Part shown: positions 40,217-51,391 of the stretch, piece by piece
How positions within the stretch are numbered: position 1 is the first letter of the stretch
Layout: each line of letters opens with the position of its first letter
Assembly (NCBI GenBank): GCA_021604705.1
Contig: BQJM01000004.1
Location: forward strand, 502 to 64,501
DNA from: a marine bacterium B5-7
Lineage (GTDB): Bacteria > Pseudomonadota > Gammaproteobacteria > BQJM01
Length of the DNA: 64,000 nt
Direction of reading: 5' to 3'
Notes under the pieces: generated by a model
The model's database searches: none
What the model saw: only the letters and a program-made list of their open reading frames with translations
Told to the model about the DNA's origin: nothing
Program-made: the position numbers and the translations under genes

Positions 40217-41017
40217 CTAACATAGTTTATGCGACTGCCGATATAAAAATTCTGTCGCGTGCACTAGCGTTGCTTGAGCCAGCATGAGGTCGTTGGATTT
40301 AGCATTTTTCATCGCAGCTGTTAATGGTTCATCTAGATCATTATATAACTCATAATCATTTACCTTCAGCGCCGCGAATTGCAAGCTTGCAATTAACCAA
40401 GCCGGATAATCATCAGCAGGAAGTGCTGCAAATACTTGTTCGAGTGAGCGTTCGCCGCGAACTTCATTCAATGTGGTTTTTGCATAAGCCTTATAACACG
40501 CATCATCATTCGCCAAAGCCGAAGCAAAAGCGCCCATGACAGTCGTCCACATTTTCTCAGTTAAGCTGGCATCAGCAGATAGATATTCCCCCGCAGTTGC
40601 CATGGCTGAAATAGCTTGAATATAAGAAGCTTCAGTACTCGCATCATAAGATGCCACGAGATACGCCCATGCCCACGCGCGCATCGCTGCATTGTCTTTT
40701 TGTTCATTGAGCGGCTCAAGTATTTTTCGCATCTCATCGCGATATTTTTCTAACACGCTATCATCTGCATCCATCATTTTTGCAGCAATTAATAATCGTC
40801 CTAACATCCACGCTTTTTCTGCATTATCAGGGGAGCAAGATATGGCCCCTTTAAACTTGGGAAGCATCAGTACGTATTGTTTAGCATCCCCAGCGAGTGC
40901 AGCAGCAAAAACAGGCATGCTAAGTGCATAAGCGCGTTTAGCAGCATATTCAGGGTTAAAATTAGACGTTGTATCTTGCTGAGCCTGAGCGTAAGCAGTT
41001 TGAATAAATGAGTGCAT
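40217..41017 (-). CDS. Hypothetical protein (possibly frameshifted secreted protein)
   Basis: 266 aa, Ala-rich, no recognised domain. An upstream overlapping frame (to 41153) encodes a signal-peptide-like MRQQMFVLVCPP...LLISAAALA. The two frames are joined by a T7 homopolymer at about 41034-41040. Confidence 0.6.
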   Translation of the reverse strand: MHSFIQTAYAQAQQDTTSNFNPEYAAKRAYALSMPVFAAALAGDAKQYVLMLPKFKGAISCSPDNAEKAWMLGRLLIAAKMMDADDSVLEKYRDEMRKILEPLNEQKDNAAMRAWAWAYLVASYDASTEASYIQAISAMATAGEYLSADASLTEKMWTTVMGAFASALANDDACYKAYAKTTLNEVRGERSLEQVFAALPADDYPAWLIASLQFAALKVNDYELYNDLDEPLTAAMKNAKSNDLMLAQATLVHATEFLYRQSHKLC

Positions 41018-41205
41018 AGTCGAGTAACCTGTGTTTTTTTATATTACTAGGTGTTGCTAGCGCGGCAGCAGATATCAATAAAGAAATAAGGCCGACGCTG
41101 ACAAATTGAATTTTTATCGGGGGGCATACTAACACAAACATTTGCTGACGCAATGTTCAGCAGATACCCCAGCCATCAATTAATAGGAAAAATCCTAAAA
41201 AAGGC

Positions 41206-41234
41206 TTGAACCAATGTGTGTAGTTTGTTAAGAT
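41206..41234 (+). promoter_or_regulatory. metY (tRNA-fMet) promoter
   Basis: TTGAAC-17 nt-TAAGAT followed by a GC-rich discriminator ccgccctc, typical of stringently controlled tRNA promoters. Confidence 0.5.
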
Positions 41235-41246
41235 TCCGCCCTCTGA

Positions 41247-41323
<77 letters not shown>

Positions 41324-41375
41324 TTTTTTGAGAGGCCCATAGAGGTCTCTATTTTTGCAGATAAGAACAATGAGG

Positions 41376-41400
41376 ATGGGCTATATGCCCATTTTTTATT
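41376..41400 (+). terminator. Intrinsic terminator/attenuator between metY and rimP
   Basis: atgggc-tatat-gcccat followed by tttttatt. Confidence 0.45.
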
Positions 41401-41405
41401 ACTAA

Positions 41406-41870
41406 TTGATTAATATGACAGAAAAAAAGACAGATTTATTGGCCTTACTGCAAACAGCGAGCGAGACGGTGGCGCTTAGTCTTTGGGGACACGAGTTTGT
41501 CCAAGAAGATGGGCAAAGAATCTTGCGAGTTTATGTCGATAAGCCCGGTGGTGTTGATTTAGATGACTGTGCTCGTGCTAGTCGCCAAATGAGCCGCTTA
41601 CTCGATGTAGAAGAAGCCTTGGAAGGGCGCTTTAATTTAGAAGTGTCTTCACCAGGTATTGAGCGACCTTTATTTAACGTAGCGCAATATACGCAGTTTC
41701 TTGGGGAAATGATTGCGATCAAAACCCAAGAGCCGTTAGATAAACGCCGACGATTTAAGGGTGTGTTGCGTACAGTGGACGAAACACAGGTAACGATGGA
41801 CATTGATGGGCAATCGTTTACGATTCCTTTTGCGATGATTGATAAGGCGCATGCGGTAAGCACGTCCTGA
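41406..41870 (+). CDS. rimP: Ribosome maturation factor RimP
   Basis: 154 aa, matches RimP/YhbC (ILRVYVDKPGGVDLDDCARASRQMSRLLDVE). Confidence 0.9.
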   Translation: MINMTEKKTDLLALLQTASETVALSLWGHEFVQEDGQRILRVYVDKPGGVDLDDCARASRQMSRLLDVEEALEGRFNLEVSSPGIERPLFNVAQYTQFLGEMIAIKTQEPLDKRRRFKGVLRTVDETQVTMDIDGQSFTIPFAMIDKAHAVSTS

Positions 41871-41891
41871 TATTAACAGAGAGAAGATCCG

Positions 41892-43394
41892 ATGATTAAC
41901 AAAGATATACTTGTTTTGGCAGAAACTCTATCTAACGAGAAAGGCTTAGAGAAACAGGTGGTTTTTGAAGCGCTAGAAGCCGCATTGGCTATGGCGTCTC
42001 GTAAAGCCAGCGATATTCCTAATATGGATGCGCGTGTTTCAATTGATCAAGAAACTGGGGATTACGAAACTTTCCGTATATGGACTGTGGTTAACGAAGA
42101 AGACTACGAGTTTATTGAGCGTCACTATACTTTAGAAGAAGCAAAAGAAGTTCAATCAGATTTAGATCTCGGCGATACTATCGAAGAGCCTATCGAATCT
42201 TGCAAGTTTGGTCGCATTGAAGCGCAAGCAGCAAAACAAGTGATTCTACAAGAAGTTCGCAAAGCGGTGCGCGCAAAAATGGTGAAAGACTATGAAGATC
42301 GCGTAGGTGAGTTAGTCAATGGTACGGTTAAACGTGTTACGCGCGAAGCTATCTATGTTGATTTGGGTGGTAATGCGGAAGCCGTGATTCGTCGCGAAGA
42401 TATGTTGCCACGTGAAATTGTTCGCGTGAATGATCGCATTCGTGCTTATCTTTTTGAAGTGAATACAGAATCTCGCTCGCCACAGATTTTATTAAGTCGC
42501 ACACACCCTGACATGTTAAAAGCCTTGTTTGAGGTGGAAGTGCCAGAAATCGGCGAAGGTGTTATTAGCGTGAAAGCGTGTGCACGTGATCCAGGTAATC
42601 GCGCGAAAGTTGCGGTAAAAACCAATGATGGTCGTATCGATCCAATTGGTGCTTGTGTTGGTATGCGTGGTGCACGTGTGCAGGCCGTATCAAGTGAGTT
42701 ATCTGGTGAGCGCATCGATATTGTGCAGTGGGATAGTAATCCTGCGCAGTTTGTTATTAATATTTTGGCACCCGCAGAGGTCACATCGATTGTTGTTGAT
42801 GAAGAAAAACATTCAATGGATGTTGCCGTAGCGGATGAACAACTTGCGCTAACGATTGGTCGCAATGGTCAAAACATTCGTTTGGCCGCAGAGTTAAGTG
42901 GTTGGACATTAAATGTAATGAATGCTGAAGATGCTCAAGCAAAATCTGAGTCTGAAGCAGAAAAAACAGTGGCTCAATTTGTTGAAGAGCTTGAAATTGA
43001 AGCTGACTTGGCCGCTTTATTGGTGCAAGAAGGCTTTATTTCAATAGAAGAAATTGCATATGTTGATGAAGCGGAATTGCTAAATTTAGAAGGCTTGGAT
43101 GAAGAATCCGTTGCTGAATTACGTAACCGTGCTAAAGATGTGATGTTGACCAAAGCCTTAGTGAGTGATGCGGCAGAGCAACCGCAAGATGACTTATTAA
43201 ATATGGATGGCATGACAGAAGAAATGGCGGAGAAATTGGCGAAACATAGTATTTTGTCAATGGAAGATTTGGCAGAGCAAGCTGTTGATGAATTATTAGA
43301 AATTGAAGAGCTGGGGCTAAATGAACAAAAAGCGGCGCAATTGATTATGACTGCGCGAGCACCTTGGTTTGAAGAAGAGGATTCCACAAAGTAA
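41892..43394 (+). CDS. nusA: Transcription termination/antitermination factor NusA
   Basis: 500 aa. S1 and KH domains and C-terminal acidic repeats. Confidence 0.96.
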   Translation: MINKDILVLAETLSNEKGLEKQVVFEALEAALAMASRKASDIPNMDARVSIDQETGDYETFRIWTVVNEEDYEFIERHYTLEEAKEVQSDLDLGDTIEEPIESCKFGRIEAQAAKQVILQEVRKAVRAKMVKDYEDRVGELVNGTVKRVTREAIYVDLGGNAEAVIRREDMLPREIVRVNDRIRAYLFEVNTESRSPQILLSRTHPDMLKALFEVEVPEIGEGVISVKACARDPGNRAKVAVKTNDGRIDPIGACVGMRGARVQAVSSELSGERIDIVQWDSNPAQFVINILAPAEVTSIVVDEEKHSMDVAVADEQLALTIGRNGQNIRLAAELSGWTLNVMNAEDAQAKSESEAEKTVAQFVEELEIEADLAALLVQEGFISIEEIAYVDEAELLNLEGLDEESVAELRNRAKDVMLTKALVSDAAEQPQDDLLNMDGMTEEMAEKLAKHSILSMEDLAEQAVDELLEIEELGLNEQKAAQLIMTARAPWFEEEDSTK

Positions 43395-43437
43395 TCATTT
43401 GCGGAAGGTCTTTTTAAGTTAATTGGATATATAAAGT

Positions 43438-45942
43438 ATGGCTGTCAAAACAACAGTAGAACAACTCGCTAAATTGGTCGGCATGTCGGCTACGCGTTTG
43501 CTAAAACAAATGCAGGAAGCTGGCATTGATTTGAATAAAGCAGATCAAGAAGTGTCAAGTGCACAAAAAGCGCAGTTACTCAAGTATTTGCAAAGCGGTA
43601 AAAAACCTACGAAAACAGCGGCTGCGTCAGCCGAAGATCAAGCTGAAAAGAAACCCGTGGTAAAAAAACCAGTCTTACGTCGTCGTGAAGAAGTTAGCCA
43701 GATGAAAACGGGTGACAGCGGACGTAAAACCGTGACGGTTAAAGTACGTAAGCGGACAATCATCAAACCTGTAGAAGAAGAGGTCCCCGTTGAAGAACCA
43801 GCACCAGTTCAGGAAGCGCCAGAGACACCAGTAGAAGCAGAAGCAACAACAACAGTAAAAACAGATAAGCCTGCGGACAAACCTGCAGGCAACAAGCCAA
43901 GTGCCGAACCAAAGAAAACAAAGCCGAAAGCTGCAACACCTGCGAGTAAGCCAAAAATTGAAGAAGCACAGCGAAAAAAACCTAAGTCACGCTTAGCTGG
44001 CACAAGCAGCAAAGAAAAATATCGCTTAACGACAGCCGCTGCAATGAGCAATGCTGAACGCGAAGCCAGCGTAGCCGTTGCAGAAACACCCGCATCGCGT
44101 CGTCGCAAACGGGGCAAAGTGGACCTTGGTTCAACTGTCTTAACTGAGCATGCATTTGAAAGACCTACGGCGCCAGTAACGCATGAAGTTGTTGTGCCAG
44201 AATCTATTACTGTGGCCGAGCTTGCTGTGAAAATGTCAGTGAAAGCTGCCGCAGTCATCAAAGTCATGATGGGCATGGGCTCAATGGCGACGATTAATCA
44301 AGTGATTGATCAAGACACTGCAACACTGATTGTTGAAGAAATGGGGCACAAAGCTCGTCGTGTTAGTGACAATGCAGTGGAAGAATCTCTAGATGATCAC
44401 CTCGATAATGCGGCAGAAAAAATATCGCGCCCACCGGTGGTTACGATTATGGGGCATGTCGATCACGGTAAAACTTCTTTATTAGATTACATTCGTCGTA
44501 CCAAAGTCGCTTCAGGTGAAGCGGGTGGTATTACACAACATATTGGTGCGTATCACGTTGAAACAGAGCGTGGCACAATTACTTTCTTAGACACACCAGG
44601 TCACGAAGCGTTTACTGCGATGCGAGCACGGGGTGCGCAATGTACTGATATTGTGATTTTGATTGTGGCTGCCGATGATGGTGTGATGCCGCAAACAGTC
44701 GAAGCGGTGCAGCACGCGAAAGCAGCGGGTGTGCCGATGATTGTGGCTGTTAATAAAATCGATAAACCAGACGCTGATCCTGACCGTGTTAAAACTGAAT
44801 TATCTCAACATGATGTTCTCCCAGAAGACTGGGGTGGTGACGTCATGTTCCAGCATGTTTCTGCTAAAACCGGTGACGGTGTAGATGACTTACTAGAAGC
44901 TATTTTGGTCTTGTCGGAGATGCAAGAATTTACTGCGGTGGCCAGTGGTTCCGCGAAAGGTATTATTATTGAGTCGCGTTTAGATAAAGGACGTGGTTCT
45001 GTTGCAACGATGTTGGTGCAACAAGGCACCTTGAGAAAAGGTGATATTGTTTTGGCGGGCCGTTATTATGGTCGTGTACGTGCTTTAGTCGGTGAGGCGG
45101 GCAAAGAAATATCTTCTGCTGGCCCATCTATTCCTGCTGAAATTCTTGGTTTGAATGGCACGCCTAATGCAGGTGACGATGTTTTTGTTGTTCCTACTGA
45201 GCGCAGGGCGCGTGAAGTAGCGATGTTCCGCGAAGGAAAATATCGTGACGTAAAACTTGCAAGGCAAGGGCCAACGACACTAGAAGATATCTTCTCTGTT
45301 GGCAAAGAAGACGTGAAAACGCTGAACTTAGTATTGAAAGCAGATGTGCAAGGTTCTGCTGAAGCGATTACAGAATCGCTCGCAAAATTAAATAATGATG
45401 AAGTAGCCGTGAACATTGTTTCAGTGGGTGTTGGTGGTATTAATGCCTCTGATGTCCATTTGGCGATTGCCTCACACGCTATCATGATTGGTTTCAATGT
45501 GCGTGCGGATAACTCCGCGCGTAAGCTAGTCGAAGACAATGCTGTAATGCTGCATTATCACAGCATTATTTACGACGTTATCGATGAAGTAAAACAAGTG
45601 TTGTCTGGCATGTTATCGCCTGCATTGCATGAAAAAATTATCGGTTTAGCGGAAGTGAGAGATGTTTTCCGCTCACCGAAATTGGGTGCAATTGCTGGGT
45701 GCATGGTGTTAGAGGGCGCAGTAAAACGCAATAAGCCTATTCGTGTGTTGCGTGACAATGTTGTGATCTATGAAGGTGAGTTAGAGTCGCTGCGTCGTTT
45801 CAAAGAAGATGTTGGCGACGTAACACATGGGAAAGAATGCGGTATTGGCGTTAAAAATTATAATGACGTGAAGGTTGGTGATCAGATTGAAGTATTTGAA
45901 ACAATCGAAGTCGCACGCACCATCGATGATAAGAAAGAGTAA
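43438..45942 (+). CDS. infB: Translation initiation factor IF-2
   Basis: 834 aa. GTPase motifs [17 protein letters not shown]. Confidence 0.97.
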   Translation: MAVKTTVEQLAKLVGMSATRLLKQMQEAGIDLNKADQEVSSAQKAQLLKYLQSGKKPTKTAAASAEDQAEKKPVVKKPVLRRREEVSQMKTGDSGRKTVTVKVRKRTIIKPVEEEVPVEEPAPVQEAPETPVEAEATTTVKTDKPADKPAGNKPSAEPKKTKPKAATPASKPKIEEAQRKKPKSRLAGTSSKEKYRLTTAAAMSNAEREASVAVAETPASRRRKRGKVDLGSTVLTEHAFERPTAPVTHEVVVPESITVAELAVKMSVKAAAVIKVMMGMGSMATINQVIDQDTATLIVEEMGHKARRVSDNAVEESLDDHLDNAAEKISRPPVVTIMGHVDHGKTSLLDYIRRTKVASGEAGGITQHIGAYHVETERGTITFLDTPGHEAFTAMRARGAQCTDIVILIVAADDGVMPQTVEAVQHAKAAGVPMIVAVNKIDKPDADPDRVKTELSQHDVLPEDWGGDVMFQHVSAKTGDGVDDLLEAILVLSEMQEFTAVASGSAKGIIIESRLDKGRGSVATMLVQQGTLRKGDIVLAGRYYGRVRALVGEAGKEISSAGPSIPAEILGLNGTPNAGDDVFVVPTERRAREVAMFREGKYRDVKLARQGPTTLEDIFSVGKEDVKTLNLVLKADVQGSAEAITESLAKLNNDEVAVNIVSVGVGGINASDVHLAIASHAIMIGFNVRADNSARKLVEDNAVMLHYHSIIYDVIDEVKQVLSGMLSPALHEKIIGLAEVRDVFRSPKLGAIAGCMVLEGAVKRNKPIRVLRDNVVIYEGELESLRRFKEDVGDVTHGKECGIGVKNYNDVKVGDQIEVFETIEVARTIDDKKE

Positions 45943-45951
45943 CGTCTTCCT

Positions 45952-46311
45952 ATGAAATTAAACATTCAGAAAGAAAGCCATCGCGTGGCTCGGATTAACG
46001 ATCTGATCCTAAAAGAACTTGCTGTTATCTTACAGCAAGAGATGAAAGACCCACGGTTAGAGATGGTAACCATTACAGAAGTGGATGTGGCGCCTAACTT
46101 GGCGCATGCAAAGGTATATTTTACGGTAATGGCGGAGAAGGGTACTGCTAGCGAACAGCAATTGGCGCTTTTAAATAAAGCTGCCGGCTTTTTAAGAAGT
46201 CAGCTGGGATCTCGCATAGTATTAAGGTACGTTCCGGCATTGCGATTTTTTTTGGATACGTCTATGGATCGTGGTAACAAACTAGATACGTTACTCGATC
46301 AAATAGATTAA
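45952..46311 (+). CDS. rbfA: Ribosome-binding factor A
   Basis: 119 aa. KH-like RbfA (RVARINDLILKELAVILQQEMKDPRL...AKVYFTV). Confidence 0.92.
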   Translation: MKLNIQKESHRVARINDLILKELAVILQQEMKDPRLEMVTITEVDVAPNLAHAKVYFTVMAEKGTASEQQLALLNKAAGFLRSQLGSRIVLRYVPALRFFLDTSMDRGNKLDTLLDQID

Positions 46312-46324
46312 AGGAGTTATCAAC

Positions 46325-47284
46325 GTGGCACATTTACGTCGATTTCGTGGTCGTGATGTTCATGGCATTTTACTACTAGATAAGCCGCTCGGTTTGTCAT
46401 CTAATGAAGCGTTACAAGAAGCAAAGCGGATTGTAAATGCGCGTAAAGCAGGGCATACCGGATCTTTAGATCCACTTGCTACAGGTATGTTGCCGATTTG
46501 TTTTGGTGAGGCGACCAAGTTTTCACAGTTTTTACTGGATGCAGATAAGTGTTATTACACGGAAATGCAACTGGGTATAAAAACCACCACGGGTGATGCC
46601 GAAGGTGAAACTGTCGAGCAAAAATCCTTTGAAGGGATTGATAAAGCCAAGTTGCAACAAGTGATGGAAAAATTTCGTGGTCACAGCAAGCAAGTGCCAT
46701 CGATGTATTCCGCCTTAAAATATGAAGGTCAGCCGCTGTATAAGTTAGCGCGCGAAGGTATTGAGGTAGAGCGTGAGCCGCGTGATATTCATGTTTATGA
46801 AATTGAATTATTGGATTTTGATGCGGCATCAGGTATTGCGGCGGTGCGCATACACTGTAGCAAGGGTACCTATATTCGTACGCTGACCGAAGATATCGGT
46901 GAGCAGTTAGGCTGCGGCGCACATGTTGCGGCATTACGACGTGAGTCTGTCGGTCCCTTTGAGATGGATGATATGATTAGTTTGGAAACCTTGGCAGAAG
47001 CCAAGGATTTCAACATGACCGGCGCTGATGGCTATTTAAAGCCTATCCAAACCTGCATTGATGCTTACCCCAAGATTAAACTGACGGCAGAAAATACCCA
47101 GGCATTACAATTTGGGCAGGTCGTTCAGTTAGATAGAGTCATTGAACCCGGCATGATTCAATTATATGCCCCTGATGACACTTTTATTGGCATTGGTGAG
47201 GTTTCAGAAGACAATGAGCTGACCTCAAAACGGCTGGTCTCGGAGCGCCACGTGAAGCGCAGTATTTCGGACGAGAACTATTAA
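46325..47284 (+). CDS. truB: tRNA pseudouridine-55 synthase TruB
   Basis: 319 aa with a GTG start. GILLLDKPLGLSSNEALQEAKRI...GHTGSLDPLATGMLPICFGEATK catalytic-Asp motif. Confidence 0.94.
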   Translation: MAHLRRFRGRDVHGILLLDKPLGLSSNEALQEAKRIVNARKAGHTGSLDPLATGMLPICFGEATKFSQFLLDADKCYYTEMQLGIKTTTGDAEGETVEQKSFEGIDKAKLQQVMEKFRGHSKQVPSMYSALKYEGQPLYKLAREGIEVEREPRDIHVYEIELLDFDAASGIAAVRIHCSKGTYIRTLTEDIGEQLGCGAHVAALRRESVGPFEMDDMISLETLAEAKDFNMTGADGYLKPIQTCIDAYPKIKLTAENTQALQFGQVVQLDRVIEPGMIQLYAPDDTFIGIGEVSEDNELTSKRLVSERHVKRSISDENY

Positions 47285-47289
47285 TGTTG

Positions 47290-47320
47290 GCAAATTATGC
47301 GTATAATCCGCCACTTAACT
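47290..47320 (+). promoter_or_regulatory. Candidate rpsO promoter (perfect TATAAT -10)
   Basis: tgcgTATAATc about 35 nt upstream of the rpsO RBS AAGGAG. The -35 is weak or ambiguous. Confidence 0.35.
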
Positions 47321-47356
47321 AAGATGATATAAATTTACCCACTAAGGAGTGTTAAC

Positions 47357-47611
47357 ATGACAACAACCGTTGCACTAGATGACTTCCGTCAATCTGCAAA
47401 CGACACAGGTTCACCTGAATATCAGGTGGCAATTTTTACCAAGAGAATCACCCACTTAACCACCCATCTTAAGGCAAACCCTAAAGATGCGCATACGCGT
47501 CGTGGCTTAACCCGTTTGGTGAGCAAGCGCCGTAAATCGTTGGATTATCTCAAAGGTAAAAACTTCGATCGCTACCAGAAATTAATTAAAGCACTAGGCA
47601 TCCGCCGTTAA
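47357..47611 (+). CDS. rpsO: 30S ribosomal protein S15
   Basis: 84 aa. [24 protein letters not shown]...[18 protein letters not shown] matches S15. Confidence 0.95.
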   Translation: MTTTVALDDFRQSANDTGSPEYQVAIFTKRITHLTTHLKANPKDAHTRRGLTRLVSKRRKSLDYLKGKNFDRYQKLIKALGIRR

Positions 47612-47619
47612 GGAATATT

Positions 47620-49716
47620 ATGTTTAAGCAAGTTACGAAAACGTTTCAATTTGGGGCACATGAAGTCAGCATAGAGACGGGTTATATTGCTCGTCAGGCG
47701 ACTGCGTCCGTGATGGTGAATATGGCTGATACAATGGTATTGGTTACCGTTGTGGGTAAAGACGATGCTGATCCAATGCGTCCATTCTTCCCGTTAACTG
47801 TTAACTACCAAGAGCGTCAATATGCGGCTGGTAGTATTCCTGGCGGTTATTTGAAACGTGAAGGTCGTCCATCTGAGCGTGAAACATTAACATCACGTTT
47901 AATTGATAGACCGATTCGTCCCTTGTTCCCTGATGGCTTTAAAAATACAGTGCAAGTTGTTGCTACGGTTATGTCTCTAAACCCAGAAGTGGGTGGTGAC
48001 ATTCCTGCAATGATTGGTGCGTCTGCTGCGTTGGCATTATCAGGCATTCCATTTGGCGGCCCGATTGGTGCGGCGAAAGTGGGTTGTATTGGTAATCAAT
48101 TAGTACTTAACCCAACGCCTGAGCAACTCGAACAATCTGATTTAGAAATGACAGTTGCTGGTACAGACAAAGCGGTATTAATGGTGGAATCACAAGCAAA
48201 AGAATTGCCTGAATCTACTATGCGTCAAGCAGTGATGTTTGCCCACAAAGAAATGCAGGTCATTATCAAGGCCGTTAACGAATTAGTTGCGGAAGCGGGT
48301 AAACCTCGTTGGGATTGGACAGCACCGGCATTAGATACAGACCTTTGGGGTAAGTTAACAGGCTTGGCGGAAGCACCGTTGGTCGATGCTTACAAAACCA
48401 AAGACAAAGTTGCTCGTCAAGTTAAAATTGCTGAGATTCAAGATACGGTGATGCAAGCACTTTGCCCCGAAGATCAAGAAGCCGCATATACTGATAAAGA
48501 TGTTGTACCTTTATTTAAAAAGCTGGAAAAACAAATTGTTCGTAGCAGTGTCTTACGTGGCGAACCACGTATTGACGGTCGCGACACAAAAACCGTGCGT
48601 CCTATTCATGTGAAAGTGGGTGCTTTACCACGTGCACATGGCTCAGCCGTATTCACTCGTGGTGAAACACAAGCAATTGTGACGACCACCTTGGGTTCTG
48701 GTCGTGATGCGCAAATCGTTGATTTGCCTGAAACGGAAACCAAAGATCAATTCATGTTGCATTACAACTTCCCTCCTTATTGTGTGGGTGAGACTGGCAT
48801 GATGGGTTCTCCAAAACGTCGTGAAATCGGTCATGGTCGTTTGGCACGTCGCGCGTTAGAAGCCGTATTGCCTAGCCAAGAAGATTTCCCTTATGTATTA
48901 CGATTGGTGTCTGAAATTACTGAGTCAAATGGCTCAAGCTCCATGGCTTCTGTCTGTGGTTCAAGCTTGGCGATGATGGACGCAGGTGTGAAATTGAAAG
49001 CACCGGTTGCGGGTATCGCGATGGGCTTGATTAAAGACGGCGATAAGTACGCAGTCTTGACAGATATCTTGGGTGATGAAGATCACTTAGGTGATATGGA
49101 CTTTAAAGTAGCGGGTACCGAGCAAGGTATTACGGCTTTACAAATGGATATCAAAATCGATGGTATCACTGAAGAAATTATGGATATCGCATTGGCGCAA
49201 GCGCACGATGCACGTAAACATATTTTAGGTGTGATGAACGAAGTGATTAGTGCGCCACGTGAAGAAATGTCTGATTTTGCACCGCGTATTCATACTTTCA
49301 AAATCAACCCAGAAAAAATCCGTGACGTGATTGGTAAAGGTGGTGCGGTAATTCGTTCCATCACAGAAGAAACTGGCGTGACTATCGACATCGACGATGA
49401 TGGTACGATTAAAATTGCGGCAGTGGATGGTGAAGCAGCGAAAGCAGCAATCCAGCGCATTGATGACATCACAGCAGATTTAGAAATTGGTAAAGTCTAC
49501 GAAGGTAAAGTGGTTAAAATCACAGACTTCGGCGCATTTGTTAGCGTGTTAGCTGACAAGCAAGGGCTGGTTCACATTTCTCAAATCAAAGAAGAGCGTA
49601 TCGAGAATGTTAGCGACCACGTTTCTGAAGGCCAAGAAGTTAAAGTGAAAGTGGTTGAAATCGATCGTCAAGGTCGTGTCCGCTTGAGCATGAAAGAAGT
49701 TGAGCAAGACGCTTAA
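47620..49716 (+). CDS. pnp: Polyribonucleotide nucleotidyltransferase (PNPase)
   Basis: 698 aa. Two RNase PH domains, KH, S1. Begins only 8 nt after the rpsO stop. Confidence 0.97.
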   Translation: MFKQVTKTFQFGAHEVSIETGYIARQATASVMVNMADTMVLVTVVGKDDADPMRPFFPLTVNYQERQYAAGSIPGGYLKREGRPSERETLTSRLIDRPIRPLFPDGFKNTVQVVATVMSLNPEVGGDIPAMIGASAALALSGIPFGGPIGAAKVGCIGNQLVLNPTPEQLEQSDLEMTVAGTDKAVLMVESQAKELPESTMRQAVMFAHKEMQVIIKAVNELVAEAGKPRWDWTAPALDTDLWGKLTGLAEAPLVDAYKTKDKVARQVKIAEIQDTVMQALCPEDQEAAYTDKDVVPLFKKLEKQIVRSSVLRGEPRIDGRDTKTVRPIHVKVGALPRAHGSAVFTRGETQAIVTTTLGSGRDAQIVDLPETETKDQFMLHYNFPPYCVGETGMMGSPKRREIGHGRLARRALEAVLPSQEDFPYVLRLVSEITESNGSSSMASVCGSSLAMMDAGVKLKAPVAGIAMGLIKDGDKYAVLTDILGDEDHLGDMDFKVAGTEQGITALQMDIKIDGITEEIMDIALAQAHDARKHILGVMNEVISAPREEMSDFAPRIHTFKINPEKIRDVIGKGGAVIRSITEETGVTIDIDDDGTIKIAAVDGEAAKAAIQRIDDITADLEIGKVYEGKVVKITDFGAFVSVLADKQGLVHISQIKEERIENVSDHVSEGQEVKVKVVEIDRQGRVRLSMKEVEQDA

Positions 49717-49733
49717 CAACTAGTGTAATGAAA

Positions 49734-49760
49734 AATGGGGCTAACGCCCCATTTTTTTTG
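49734..49760 (+). terminator. Rho-independent terminator of the nusA-pnp operon
   Basis: aaaaatggggc-taac-gccccattttttttt: a perfect 7-bp GC stem with a T9 run. Confidence 0.8.
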
Positions 49761-49836
49761 GAAGCAAGTGAATACACTAGCAAATATGTAGTAGGATATA
49801 CTACACTTGACCTCTCTATATACGGATGTGAATGTG

Positions 49837-50250
49837 ATGACGGATACAGACAGCAAAAAGTTGGATTTTACTGCTTTTCCTAAAGCATTAGTCAGTTTGG
49901 AACGGGCGGCTGTACGTGCACAAGCAGCAAGGAACGACGAAGAGCTACGGGATGCCGTTATTCTGCGTTTCGAATAAAGCTATGAACTCTCCTGGAAAAT
50001 GCTAAAACGCCAGTTAGAACTTGAGTCACCTAACCCAACAGCAGTGGATGCATTTTCATTCAAGCAACTTATCCGAGAGGGGGCTGAAAAGCAGCTACTT
50101 TCCTCACCAGCGCAATGGTTTGTGTATCGAGAGCAGCGCAATATCACCTCACATACCTATGATGCAAAAAAAGCGGAATCAGTGTTCCTAACAGCCTTAC
50201 AATTTTTGCCGGATGCACAACAATTATTGTCTGCATTAACTAAGCGTTAA
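49837..50250 (+). pseudogene. HEPN-domain protein, HI0074 (nucleotidyltransferase substrate-binding) family, interrupted by an in-frame TAA
   Basis: The frame MTDTDSKKLDFTAFPKALVSLERAAVRAQAARNDEELRDAVILRFE*SYELSWKMLKRQLE... is a single reading frame. The TAA at 49975-49977 replaces the conserved aromatic of the RFE-[FY]-[ST]-[FY]-EL-[AS]-WK family motif (TAT/TAC to TAA). Confidence 0.6.
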
Positions 50251-50253
50251 CAT

Positions 50254-50565
50254 ATGATTACGCTTGAGCCACACTCTCTTTTGCTTGTTCAATCGATACT
50301 TGAGCAATACATTCCTACGAAGAAGGTTCTATTATTTGGGTCTCGCGCAAATAATACGGCTAAGCCATACTCTGATATCGATTTAGCGGTATTGAGCGAT
50401 GTACCGCTGCCTGTGGAGACGCTGGCACAGCTGAGGCTCGCGTTCGAAGAATCTGACTTACCTTATAAAGTTGATCTCGTCGAATGGTGTACACTGACAG
50501 AGGCCTTTCAGCAAATTATTAAATCCGCCCCAGTAGAGGTTGTTCACCCTGAAAATCTCAGCTAA
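50254..50565 (+). CDS. Minimal nucleotidyltransferase (MNT), cognate partner of the HI0074 HEPN protein
   Basis: 103 aa. LLFGSRANNTAKPYSDIDLAVL = GSx10DxD pol-beta nucleotidyltransferase motif. A 3-nt gap separates it from the HEPN gene. Confidence 0.8.
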   Translation: MITLEPHSLLLVQSILEQYIPTKKVLLFGSRANNTAKPYSDIDLAVLSDVPLPVETLAQLRLAFEESDLPYKVDLVEWCTLTEAFQQIIKSAPVEVVHPENLS

Positions 50566-51391
50566 ACCCGTATTTATGGGCAACTAACAACGCTGCGGTC
50601 TTCACCCAAATTGCCTGATTTGCTGGAGAATCCAGCGCGGGATGGGTCTTTGCAAAGGCTTGCCAGGTTTGTTTCGGGTGCGCATGCCAATAGGTTTTTC
50701 CGGCATTAACAGCAAGCATGAACTTTTCAGCAAGCCTTTTATCCAGCGGTTTATGCATGATGATAACCAATGCGGGGTAGGGTTTTACACCGTAATCTTC
50801 TGGGTAAAACAAGCGTGTCTTAATCCCTTTTAATTTTAGCTCAAGCGGTTCAACATTTCGAAAGACATCAGATGACGCATCGACGCCTCGTGTTAGCAAA
50901 GCTTGCGCAATATTGTAATGTACTTGAATGAGTTGCACATCTTGCAGCGTCAACCCAACGTGTGCCAGCATGGTTTGTAAATGTTGGCTAGGCTTGCTGC
51001 CAGAGATGGCGATGCGCTTTCCCTTTAAATCCTGCAGTTTTTTAACAGGGCTGTCTGCTAATACCATCACAGTACTTAATGGGGTATCAATTAAATTGCC
51101 AATGACCTGAATCGGTAAATGCTGCTTTCGCGCGAGTCTCACACTATGTTGATAACTTATCCCAATATCAAACTGCCCAGCTGCAACGAGCTTTAAAGGA
51201 TCCGTCGGATCCGCGGGTGCCGTGAGGTTTACGGCTAAGCCTTCACGCTGAAAAAAACCTTGCTGCTGTGCAACAAAAAGAGCGGCATGGTTAGGATTAG
51301 CCGCCCAGTCTAGTAATACATTAATTTTCTGCAGCGGTGCAGCTACTGCGAGTTGGTAGCAACAGAGAAAGAGGTACAGCCATTTTTTCAT
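50558..51391 (-). CDS. ABC transporter periplasmic substrate-binding protein (NMT1/THI5/SsuA-like)
   Basis: 277 aa. Signal peptide MKKWLYLFLCCYQLAVAAP, then an SsuA/TauA/ThiY-like fold (INVLLDWAANPNHAALFVAQQQGFFQREGL). Confidence 0.8.
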   Translation of the reverse strand: MKKWLYLFLCCYQLAVAAPLQKINVLLDWAANPNHAALFVAQQQGFFQREGLAVNLTAPADPTDPLKLVAAGQFDIGISYQHSVRLARKQHLPIQVIGNLIDTPLSTVMVLADSPVKKLQDLKGKRIAISGSKPSQHLQTMLAHVGLTLQDVQLIQVHYNIAQALLTRGVDASSDVFRNVEPLELKLKGIKTRLFYPEDYGVKPYPALVIIMHKPLDKRLAEKFMLAVNAGKTYWHAHPKQTWQAFAKTHPALDSPANQAIWVKTAALLVAHKYGFS

